From positions 1 to 30,392 of the IMG/VR virus record IMGVR_UViG_3300048851_000176: DNA of 30,392 bases; one strand, given 5' to 3'. The stretch comes from a virus. Its lineage: Duplodnaviria > Caudoviricetes. Made by a program: the position numbers and the translations under genes. The notes beneath the pieces are model-generated. The model did not search any database. It worked only from the letters and a program-made list of their open reading frames with translations, and was not told where the DNA came from. Below, one piece after another: positions 16,632 through 25,076 of this stretch (its first letter is position 1; every line of letters starts with the position of its first letter).

Positions 16632-17993
16632 ATGAAAGCGTTTCTTGGTCGTGGTGCTGTCATTGCGCTGGCCCTGTGTGCGCTGACAGCGCCTCATGCC
16701 GAGGCCTACCCCATTCTCAATCCTATCGTGTTTCGGGATGCAAAATGCCTTGAGCCGACGAAGTTTGATGCGCAGCCGACCTTTGCCACATTCAGCATCG
16801 GGCCATTTGAAGCGGCAACAGCGGAAGTCGCCGAGGGCAAGACCTTGCTGCGCGCCCTCTGCATCCGCGATGCGGCCATCGGCCCTGACGAAGCCAAGGC
16901 CGCCGGGATCGTTGAGCACATCCGCCGCGAGACTGTAGCTGCCGACTTCACTTACAAGGCGCATCAACAGAGCGATGGCAGCCTTCTCATCACCGGTAGC
17001 GGACCCTGGCTCGCGGGCGGCAACCGCTTCCTCGCCTTTAGGTTGACCTTGGCTAAGGGTGCCGCGGTGGCACGTGTCGCCGTGACGCCTGTCGGCGACA
17101 TCATCGAAGGTCTGACGCGGGGGAGCTCGTTCCTTGCGCAGGAAGAGTACGAAATCGTCAGTGACAGCATTTGTCTCAATCCCGTGCGCTTCCCGGAAGC
17201 GCCCACCGTGGAGCGCGCGTCGGAAGCGCCCTACCAGCGCATTCTGGCCTACACGCGCAGCAGCCAATGGGCCTTCAGCGCCATGTGCGTGCAAGGTCCG
17301 TCCTTTGACACCAGTGAGGTCAGGGAGTTCCTGACGTCGAACCTTGAAGCGCAGAAGGTCAAGGAAGCCCGCATCACGGAAAGTCGCGATGGCGACCATA
17401 TCATGGCCCACGCGCACGGATACCAGGAGAATAACGGCACAAGGCGTCGCTTCGAAGTTATGGTGCGCCACGATCGGGTAAGGATCACCGCGCGCTTCGC
17501 CGCCTACGTCCAAACCGACGAACTGACCCGCCGCGCCGCTGACTTCCTTGGCCTGACGTCGCCCACACCACCGAGTGAAACCCTTCTCACATTCGATAAC
17601 AAAGCCTGTTTCGGCCCCATCCGCTTTCCACGAACGCCAGAGATCAAACTCAGCCCTGACGGACAATCGGCGGTGTTGACCCATTTCGACCGGCAGTTTT
17701 TGGCCAATTGCTACGTGCTGCCATCACCGGCCAAAGCCGAAGCTCTTGCCCGAGGCCTGGCGGAGGATATCGTCCAAAGCACGGTCGAAAAGGACTACGT
17801 CATGGCCATTGAAAAACGCGGCGATCAAGTTATCGTCCGAGCAAGCGGCACCTTCGAGCAGAGCGGCCAGAACAGACGCGAGGCCGTGATCACGGTAACC
17901 AGCCGGAAAATGCAGATGCTGGTCACCACCATACCGCTGGAAGACAACCCCAATGCTGAAAGCTTGGCGTTCCTGCGCCAGCAGGTCGATTGA
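16632..17993 (+). CDS. Exported protein with three tandem copies of a ~144-aa two-Cys domain
   Basis: Signal peptide ending AEA; repeats begin CLEPTKFDAQP, CLNPVRFPEAP, CFGPIRFPRTP about 430 bp apart. Confidence 0.8.
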   Translation: MKAFLGRGAVIALALCALTAPHAEAYPILNPIVFRDAKCLEPTKFDAQPTFATFSIGPFEAATAEVAEGKTLLRALCIRDAAIGPDEAKAAGIVEHIRRETVAADFTYKAHQQSDGSLLITGSGPWLAGGNRFLAFRLTLAKGAAVARVAVTPVGDIIEGLTRGSSFLAQEEYEIVSDSICLNPVRFPEAPTVERASEAPYQRILAYTRSSQWAFSAMCVQGPSFDTSEVREFLTSNLEAQKVKEARITESRDGDHIMAHAHGYQENNGTRRRFEVMVRHDRVRITARFAAYVQTDELTRRAADFLGLTSPTPPSETLLTFDNKACFGPIRFPRTPEIKLSPDGQSAVLTHFDRQFLANCYVLPSPAKAEALARGLAEDIVQSTVEKDYVMAIEKRGDQVIVRASGTFEQSGQNRREAVITVTSRKMQMLVTTIPLEDNPNAESLAFLRQQVD

Positions 17994-18004
17994 GGGCCAG
18001 GACG

Positions 18005-18535
18005 ATGGATAGCGCGCAGATGATCGAGCGGTTCTTCTGCAATTCATGCCGTTCGGCGGCCCTCGTCCTGGCTCTGTCGGCCGTGATGCCTGGCATCGCA
18101 TCGGCCGATGTCGTCTTCGCGCCCGAGAATTGCCCGGAACAGACCCGCTTTGACGTGGAGCCACAGGTCCGGACACGGCAGATGGGCTCCTTCACCATGC
18201 TCATCGCGGAGGACATCCAGCCAGGCATCGCCTATCGCACCATTTGCATCACCGGGCCGGAGCAAACGCCGACCGAAGAGATCGCCCGGCAGGTTGTGGG
18301 AATCACCGCCGGCAGCAAGGTGCTCAGCTTCGATATCAAGCAGCAGGACGCGGACCGAATCGTCGCCGAAGCCCGTGTCGGCACCGAGCAGGATGGCGTG
18401 GCCGCCGAAGCCATCTATGAGCAGGTGATCACGAAAGGCTCCATCATTCTGCGCGGCGCCGTATACACCCCCGCAACCGACGAGAACCGCCGGCGCACAC
18501 GAGCGTTCATCGCGCGACAGGCACCGCGGCCATAG
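18005..18535 (+). CDS. Exported protein with one copy of the same domain
   Basis: GAGGG RBS; signal peptide ALVLALSAVMPGIASA; CPEQTRFDVEP...RTICITG...AFIARQ. Confidence 0.75.
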   Translation: MDSAQMIERFFCNSCRSAALVLALSAVMPGIASADVVFAPENCPEQTRFDVEPQVRTRQMGSFTMLIAEDIQPGIAYRTICITGPEQTPTEEIARQVVGITAGSKVLSFDIKQQDADRIVAEARVGTEQDGVAAEAIYEQVITKGSIILRGAVYTPATDENRRRTRAFIARQAPRP

Positions 18536-18649
18536 CACCACCGCGAGACTGCCCGTTCATCATAGGTGCGGAATAGGGCCCTAGTCCAAGCAGATCCCTT
18601 TGCACGCCGCGTGCCACCGGGGCATACATGCAGCTTAGGTGACAGCCGG

Positions 18650-19387
18650 ATGAGAGGCAGCATGGCCTGGATGTTTTACGTCGGATTGGTTGTCATTGCC
18701 GTGGCCATACATGTGTACGGCATGTCCAGCGGCGCCTTCCCGGGCAGTGCAGGCGGCAATCATACAGTCTTCGTCTATGCCGAAAGCCTCGGAACCATTC
18801 TTGCGACGCTTCTCGTGCCCTTCCTGATTACGTGGTTCTGGCGACGCTGGCAAAAGCGGCGCGGCCGGATGACCCTGCTGCCGTTCATCGTCGCAGCCCT
18901 TGTCTTTGCCGTGGTGCAGGCCGCCCTTTGGCTGGGCGAACGCGCCGACGCACAGCGCATGACCGCTGTGCCCTTCACCCATGAGAATTGCCTGGAGCCG
19001 ACCATTTTCCCCCGCGCTCCCGAAATATTCCCGAACAGGCCGGAGGGCGCCGCACAGGCTTTCCTCCAGGAGGGCAAAACCGCTCTCATGGTCCTGTGCC
19101 AGCGCGACACAGGCTTCCAGGCTGAAGACGCGCAGGTTCTACAGGTGCTGACACAGTTTGCTGCGAGCCTCGGCTTGGATAATCCCCCTGTTGCGATCAC
19201 CCGCCGGGGCGACGACATCATCGGGAGGGCCAAGGGCGTGGTCAACATGAAGGGGCAATCCGCCACGACCGAGATGATGATCATCGCCCGCAACGGCGCC
19301 TTCCTTTACCGCATGGCCGGGACAGACACGGATGCTTATCCGTCCCCCGTAGGAGAGGCCTTCCTGGCGCAGCAGGGACAACCCTGA
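18650..19387 (+). CDS. Three-TM membrane protein fused to one copy of the same domain
   Basis: Three hydrophobic segments then CLEPTIFPRAP...EGKTALMVLCQRD...AFLAQQ; start 18650 or 18662. Confidence 0.78.
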   Translation: MRGSMAWMFYVGLVVIAVAIHVYGMSSGAFPGSAGGNHTVFVYAESLGTILATLLVPFLITWFWRRWQKRRGRMTLLPFIVAALVFAVVQAALWLGERADAQRMTAVPFTHENCLEPTIFPRAPEIFPNRPEGAAQAFLQEGKTALMVLCQRDTGFQAEDAQVLQVLTQFAASLGLDNPPVAITRRGDDIIGRAKGVVNMKGQSATTEMMIIARNGAFLYRMAGTDTDAYPSPVGEAFLAQQGQP

Positions 19388-19749
19388 CGCCTGATCTTCC
19401 AGCGACCGCTGTTAGGTGAAGCTCCATCATCCGACGGATTGCGGACGCACTCGGCTGTCCAGAAGGCCCCGTGAACGTTATCGGCCCGGCGCCTTCGATG
19501 GCCGACGGCGCGTGGGAGCCTTCGACCCCAAATAGCGCCGACGGCACTGACCTAAGTTCACATGACGCTGCACCGAAAGCGCGGCTCCTGGACTAGGAGG
19601 TCGTGGCAAAGCCGGCACTGCAGGTGCACTGCGGACCTCCCGCGTGCCAACCGCGGCTGCCCGACCAAACCTTGAGCCGCCCCGACGATCCACATGCCGC
19701 TCCCAGGCGCGCCCCCCCATCCGAACTATCGACATAACGGGCCAATCAC

Positions 19750-21657
19750 ATGGCAGAACAACCTCGTTCCCAAACGCGGGCCGGCGGAGCCATGCCCAAC
19801 GGATCGCCGCATACAGCGGCGGCGGATGCCAATTCGGACGAACAGGCGCACCGGCTTGAGCAGTCACGCACTCAAGATTTTAGAACGCCCGCTCCCGTCT
19901 CTTCTCGAGAAAGATCAGCCTATGAGATGCAAGCCCAATTCATAGCGAGGCAAACTGAAGGCCTGCGTCCCGATAGCGGGTCTGAGGCAATCGGGCTGAG
20001 CTATCAGTTCGATGTCACTCCCGAGCTAGCTCTGCCGAATGTTGCGCTACTAATAGAGTTGCAACGCGAGTGGGCCTTTCCAGATGGTTCCCCGGCGGGA
20101 CCAGATCAGGTTCTGGCGCCTCAGCCATTCTGGAGTTCCAGGACACTGATCGGCCAGACCCTTACGTTCGGCCCCACAACAGACGAAGCGTCGGACGCGC
20201 CCGCTGAGCGCGTTTCACTGGAGCCGCCCACCCCTGGCCCAAGCGGATATCCAACCGGAGGGCTAAGCCAGCCGCTGGCAGACACACCAGCAACAGACAT
20301 GAACGGCCGTGCAATTCCATCGGTTGAGATGTCGGCTGCACGATCACCCCAGGTTCAACTTCACAGCGGCAACGAGTCAGGGCCATCAGGCGAGCGACTG
20401 ACCACGACGACACCGGCAACCAAAACCGACGAGCCCGCACGTCAGGGAGCCGCTCCATCATCGAGTATTTTTAAAAACTATGCAGACGACTATGCTAGTA
20501 AATACAGAGAAAGACACATCGATTATAGCGTGTTCTCGGAAGGATTTCTAGAGAATGTACATTTGCTCCCGGAGCAAGAATATACCTCACTCCGAGAGAA
20601 AATTATAAGCGAACAGCTTAAGGCTCCGAACTATCTTGCCGATGAGGCGCTGTTCCTGATGGATGCAAGAAGGCTGCGTAACATCTCCACCCGTGAGGCG
20701 AACATCCGGTGGACCAGAGCGCTCCATAGTTTCCAAAAAAACGAGACTTATTATGTCGACATCGGAGACCAATCTCGCAATTTGGCGGCCACATTACCCA
20801 TAGCCACCGTTCATGCTGTAACAGCTCCGTTGATAGGAGCGGCGTTCCTCAGCCTTCCTCAACATAAGCGTCAAGAACTAAAACATCTAATATACGACAT
20901 ATCCATTACCAAGCCGTCCGTTTTTAACAATGCACATCTTCTGATAGCTAGGTCTAAGCGATTTCCGCCTGCTGTAAAGCATATGGTCATTTCCTATATC
21001 GCAATGCGGCTGCAAAACCCAGATCTATCACCACAGCAATTGGAGAGTATGATGATCTGCAGCGCTGAGGAAATTTATAGAAAAGATGAGTTAGACGTCG
21101 AGAACAGGATTAAGCGCATCGAAAACCTGCGCGAAATATTTAGTTTTCTCGACCCTGGCCAAGAAATCAGAGAGAGCTCCGGCGGTCGGGCTGCTTTCGC
21201 TATAGCGAAATCAGGTGTATCGACAGGAATTTCATTAGCAGCGGCAAGCACGGGACCGCTTGCTGGAGCTGCAGTATCTGCTGTTTGGGCTAGCCACGAA
21301 GCAGCCGCCGACGCAGGTCTAAAGGCCAAAAAGGAAGGCTTTGACGTACAAGAACAATCTAGACTTGCTCGATTAGCGTCAGGGGCAGGCGCCGCGAAAG
21401 GAGCTCTGAGCAACATCCCCGCGGGAAAGTATGTCGCAAATCGCATAAAGAACGGGATAGACAGTAAACTAGCAGAAATCCTATTCGACGGCATCCGTGA
21501 TGGCGCCATCACGTTTGGCGAAAACATCTACGCCGGCCGTACTTACGATCCTGCACGTGCCCCTTTGGATGGCGTCGCCCGGGATACGGCTATCGGGGCA
21601 GCGAGCTCAAAATTTGGACCGTCTCCGTCAGGAACCAGCCATGCCACAAAAGATTAA
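19750..21657 (+). CDS. N-terminal part of large ejection (internal virion) protein with low-GC divergent core
   Basis: 635-aa ORF; Gly/Ala hydrophobic stretch GVSTGISLAAASTGPLAGAAVSAVWA and ENIYAGRTYDPARAPLDGV...IGAA resemble large podoviral ejection proteins; start uncertain. Confidence 0.6.
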   Translation: MAEQPRSQTRAGGAMPNGSPHTAAADANSDEQAHRLEQSRTQDFRTPAPVSSRERSAYEMQAQFIARQTEGLRPDSGSEAIGLSYQFDVTPELALPNVALLIELQREWAFPDGSPAGPDQVLAPQPFWSSRTLIGQTLTFGPTTDEASDAPAERVSLEPPTPGPSGYPTGGLSQPLADTPATDMNGRAIPSVEMSAARSPQVQLHSGNESGPSGERLTTTTPATKTDEPARQGAAPSSSIFKNYADDYASKYRERHIDYSVFSEGFLENVHLLPEQEYTSLREKIISEQLKAPNYLADEALFLMDARRLRNISTREANIRWTRALHSFQKNETYYVDIGDQSRNLAATLPIATVHAVTAPLIGAAFLSLPQHKRQELKHLIYDISITKPSVFNNAHLLIARSKRFPPAVKHMVISYIAMRLQNPDLSPQQLESMMICSAEEIYRKDELDVENRIKRIENLREIFSFLDPGQEIRESSGGRAAFAIAKSGVSTGISLAAASTGPLAGAAVSAVWASHEAAADAGLKAKKEGFDVQEQSRLARLASGAGAAKGALSNIPAGKYVANRIKNGIDSKLAEILFDGIRDGAITFGENIYAGRTYDPARAPLDGVARDTAIGAASSKFGPSPSGTSHATKD

Positions 21658-24600
21658 ATTCAGCTCACTTGCATCCAAGATATTCTTACCGGCTAAGCTC
21701 AGCACGTTAATTTCGGCGGCGACTGCTTTGCTTCAAAGTCTGCAAACGAAACAGGACTCCGATGGGCCAGGGTCAATTCCTCCGATCACCAACGATCTTT
21801 TGAAAGAATGGCGCAGTCATAGATGGGAACGCGAATTTGACCACGATTTTGAGCTATACCTCACCGGAATAAAGGACACCTCTCAGAGAAATTTGCCGGT
21901 ATTTGAGTGCTTCCGTAAATTACTGGTTTCGCTGTACATGCATGCCGAGCAAGCATCTGACGAGGTTGCTGCAATCTTCGATCGTGCACTTGCCGCGGAA
22001 GCGGACCTTGCATCGATGCAAGAGGCTGTTGCCGCCCTATCTCTGAGGACCATCGTCAAGGCTCATCCTAAAACTGCCGTTGTAGTTGAAGGGCTGCGCG
22101 TGCAAGCGAACGCCGCCGCCGGGGCCGCCATGCTGCGCAAAGCTATGGGACCGGTGCGGCGAGAGCGTGATCCGGACCTTCGGACGCAGCTTGCGGCTCT
22201 GAAGGCTGACATCGCCGCCCGGGCACGCGCCATTTCAGTTTACCGGGCTCGGGAGGCCCTGATTAAAGGCCGCTGGCTGGGGGAGGATGGCCAGCGTGCG
22301 CTGCCCAAAATCAAAATCAAACTCAAGCTCTCCCGCGCCATCCTCACCGAGCGCTATGGCGCGGAGGTCGTCAAGCGCCTGCCGCGGGGCATCAGCAGCG
22401 CCAAGAACGGCCTCGAGCCGGACATCGTCGCCGGCTGGTTCGGCTATGGCTCGGGCGACGAGATGTTGCTTGATCTCGTGCAGGCGCCGCCGCTGGCCGA
22501 CACCATTGCTGCCATGACCGAGGCAGCGATCGCCGCGCGCTTTGGTGATGTCCTCACCGACGGCCGCGCCCGCGAGGCGGCACTTGCCGCATTCCATTGC
22601 CCCGAACGCGGCACGCTGCTCGCCTCGGAGATGGCCGCGCTGACCGGTGACGGCAGCCTGGAGGCAGCCCCGCTGCTGCTGGCCAGCGCCGAGGCCTCCG
22701 CAGAGGGCATGATGGCGGAGATGACGCTGCGCGATGCCATGGACATCGAGCGCTACTTCGCGGCGGAAAAGAAAGCCGATGCGCAGGCGCGGCAGGCGCT
22801 GGCAGCACCGCACGAGGAGGGCAAGGCTGACGACAGCGACCTGGCGGACGCCCTGTGGCAACGGCTGCTCAACCACTGCCTCTGCGCGCGCAGCGCAGCG
22901 CTGCGAAAGCAGCTCGACGAGACGCAGCGCGCCATGCGGCAGCACCTGGCCGAGCCCCGCAGCGGCAGCCTGAGCGACGAGGCCGCCGCCGCGCTTGATG
23001 AACTGGTGACGCGCCACGCGCTTCTGGAAGAAGGCACCGAGCGGCGCGGACGCCCCTTCGCCTTGCTGGCCTTCAACGCGGCGCTCGTGGCCCGCGGGCA
23101 AAGAAACGTCCCGGCCCTGCCTCAGAGCGTGCTGCGCGACCTCAAGGCGCGCCGCTTCGACGAACTGACCGTGCCGCATTTCCGCGACCTTGCCGGGGCC
23201 TTGGCTTCCATCGCCCATGTCGGCGCGCTGCCTGAGCGTCTGGTGGACGCAGACGGCAGCGGCGAACTTGAGCCTGTGGTGGACGAGATCCTCGCGGCTC
23301 TGGCCGCGCACCCTGCTGCGTCCGCAACGGGCGAAGCAGCCAGCCTCTCGCCGGCTGATGCCGCCATGACGGTGCTTGCCGGCATCGATGGCGGCAAGGA
23401 TGGCCCTGCCCATCGCCACATCGGCCGGCCCATCACCCGCGCCCTCGCCGCGCGCGACGCTGCCTGGGACAAGGTGCGCAATGCGCTGGAACAGCTCTGG
23501 GCTCTCTACGCGGTGGAGGAGCAGCAGGCCATGGACGTTCCGGTCAGCGTGCCGGAGGCGGGGCGCAGCCTGTCCAAATGGCAGATGATCGCTCTGGCCA
23601 CGTCCGTCAGCCAGCCTGAGAGCCTTGCGCATCTGTCGGACGTCGGTCGCCCTGGGGGCATGGGGCCCGAAGCGCTGAATGCCACGCTTGCACGCCTTGA
23701 TGCGCGCGACTGGGCCTTCGTGCATGGCCTCTGGCAGCTGATGGCCGCGTTCTGGCCGCAGATCGAGGCGCGGGAGACCCGCGCTACCGGCGTGACGCCG
23801 CAGCCGACCCGCGCCCACCCCGTGGCGACGCCGTTTGGCCTTTCCTCCGGCGGGTTCTTCCCGCTGCAGCCGGCGCGGCCCCTCTCCGCACTGGTGGAGC
23901 CGCAGGGCGAAGACACCTCCCCCGTGGAAGCCGGCCTGTTCGCCCGCGCACAGACCCGCGACGGCCTCGCCCTCGCCGCCAGCCTCGGGCAAGCACCGTG
24001 TTTTGATCTTGCCGCGGTGCAGGCGCATCTGTTTGGGTTGGTCCATGACCTTGCCTTGTCCGAAGCGCTGGTGAACGCCCGCCGCATCCTGCGCCATGGC
24101 GATGTGGAACACGGCTTTGCCGCCGCCGGCCGCGAGGCGGAACTCATCGCGCTCCAACGCTGGCTCGACGATCTCGCCGCCGGCCCGCAGCTCGCGACGG
24201 CCCTCCCCCTGACGCTCGCCCCGTACCTTGGCGCCGGAGGCACGGCGGCGGGCCTCGTGCGCGCGCTGGCGGGCAGCCTTCAGCCCGAGATTACAGCGGG
24301 CAATACCGAGCCGCAGGCACGGGGCACGGCGATCATGCTGCGCCAAGGCATCAGCGGCGTCGCCGTCACGGCCGCCGACGTCGAAGCTCAGTCCCTCGTC
24401 ATGGCCCGCCGGCGTACCGCGTGCCGCCTTGGCGCCTCGGAAACCGGCACGGCGGGACTTGCGTCCTGGCTGGCGCGCCGCGTGGGCTATCTCACGCGGG
24501 ATCTGCCGCTCTGGCTCGCCACCTGGCACGACGCCAAGGCCCGTGGCACGGACGTCGAAGCCACCAAGACAGCTGACGCAAGGGTCGCGGCGCAGCCTGT

Positions 24601-25006
24601 GGGCCCGCCCGCATCCGGTGAGGTCACGGCCCTTCTCACCGCGCTCGCGCTCTATGCTCAGGGCCGGATGCCAGCCGGTAATCCCGAGGAGGCCTTGGCG
24701 TGGGCTGCCGACATGGGCGTGCTGACTGTACTTGCCAGACGGGCAGCCGCCGGCCTCGGGCCGGAAGTGTTCATCCCCGGATTGACCACCGCCGCCCAGC
24801 CATCACCTCTGCCGCCGGCCATGCACGCCGTCGCTGATGAAAGCCTTCCGGACCGCGAGACCCTTGAGGCCTGGGCGGACCGTGACCTGCCGCTGATCGG
24901 CCTGCCACCGGACAGCTTTGACGCCCTGACAACGGCAGCCTTCCGCGAGGCCGGCGTCGCAGACCCATCGCCGCTCGCTGTGCTCATGGCCGCCCGCGCG
25001 GGCTGA
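21641..25006 (+). CDS. C-terminal part of large ejection / polyvalent-type virion protein, strongly diverged
   Basis: CAGGA RBS before ATG 21641; FELYL...VFECFRKLLVSLY...AIFDRALA, PDIVAGWFGYGSGDEML, DWAFVHGLW...FWPQI, GGFFPL motifs; precedes tail fibre. Confidence 0.7.
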   Translation: MPQKIKFSSLASKIFLPAKLSTLISAATALLQSLQTKQDSDGPGSIPPITNDLLKEWRSHRWEREFDHDFELYLTGIKDTSQRNLPVFECFRKLLVSLYMHAEQASDEVAAIFDRALAAEADLASMQEAVAALSLRTIVKAHPKTAVVVEGLRVQANAAAGAAMLRKAMGPVRRERDPDLRTQLAALKADIAARARAISVYRAREALIKGRWLGEDGQRALPKIKIKLKLSRAILTERYGAEVVKRLPRGISSAKNGLEPDIVAGWFGYGSGDEMLLDLVQAPPLADTIAAMTEAAIAARFGDVLTDGRAREAALAAFHCPERGTLLASEMAALTGDGSLEAAPLLLASAEASAEGMMAEMTLRDAMDIERYFAAEKKADAQARQALAAPHEEGKADDSDLADALWQRLLNHCLCARSAALRKQLDETQRAMRQHLAEPRSGSLSDEAAAALDELVTRHALLEEGTERRGRPFALLAFNAALVARGQRNVPALPQSVLRDLKARRFDELTVPHFRDLAGALASIAHVGALPERLVDADGSGELEPVVDEILAALAAHPAASATGEAASLSPADAAMTVLAGIDGGKDGPAHRHIGRPITRALAARDAAWDKVRNALEQLWALYAVEEQQAMDVPVSVPEAGRSLSKWQMIALATSVSQPESLAHLSDVGRPGGMGPEALNATLARLDARDWAFVHGLWQLMAAFWPQIEARETRATGVTPQPTRAHPVATPFGLSSGGFFPLQPARPLSALVEPQGEDTSPVEAGLFARAQTRDGLALAASLGQAPCFDLAAVQAHLFGLVHDLALSEALVNARRILRHGDVEHGFAAAGREAELIALQRWLDDLAAGPQLATALPLTLAPYLGAGGTAAGLVRALAGSLQPEITAGNTEPQARGTAIMLRQGISGVAVTAADVEAQSLVMARRRTACRLGASETGTAGLASWLARRVGYLTRDLPLWLATWHDAKARGTDVEATKTADARVAAQPVGPPASGEVTALLTALALYAQGRMPAGNPEEALAWAADMGVLTVLARRAAAGLGPEVFIPGLTTAAQPSPLPPAMHAVADESLPDRETLEAWADRDLPLIGLPPDSFDALTTAAFREAGVADPSPLAVLMAARAG

Positions 25007-25033
25007 TCCTTCGCCGCCCCTGCCTGTTTGACC

Positions 25034-25063
25034 GGCCATCTCTTCGAGGTGGCCTTTTTATTT
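25034..25063 (+). terminator. Rho-independent terminator before tail fibre gene
   Basis: ggccatct-cttcg-aggtggcc hairpin (one G-U pair) followed by tttttattt. Confidence 0.78.
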
Positions 25064-25076
25064 GGAGTGCACGCCC

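Noticed and set aside
19478-19867. 129-aa minus-strand ORF between the array and the large ejection gene
   Set aside because: Arg/Pro/Ala-rich, no motif, and overlaps the + strand gene start; likely spurious.
21600-21660. Programmed -1 frameshift joining the two large ORFs
   Set aside because: The second frame is +1, not -1; no canonical X XXY YYZ heptamer with a downstream structure is evident, and a separate RBS-ATG exists.
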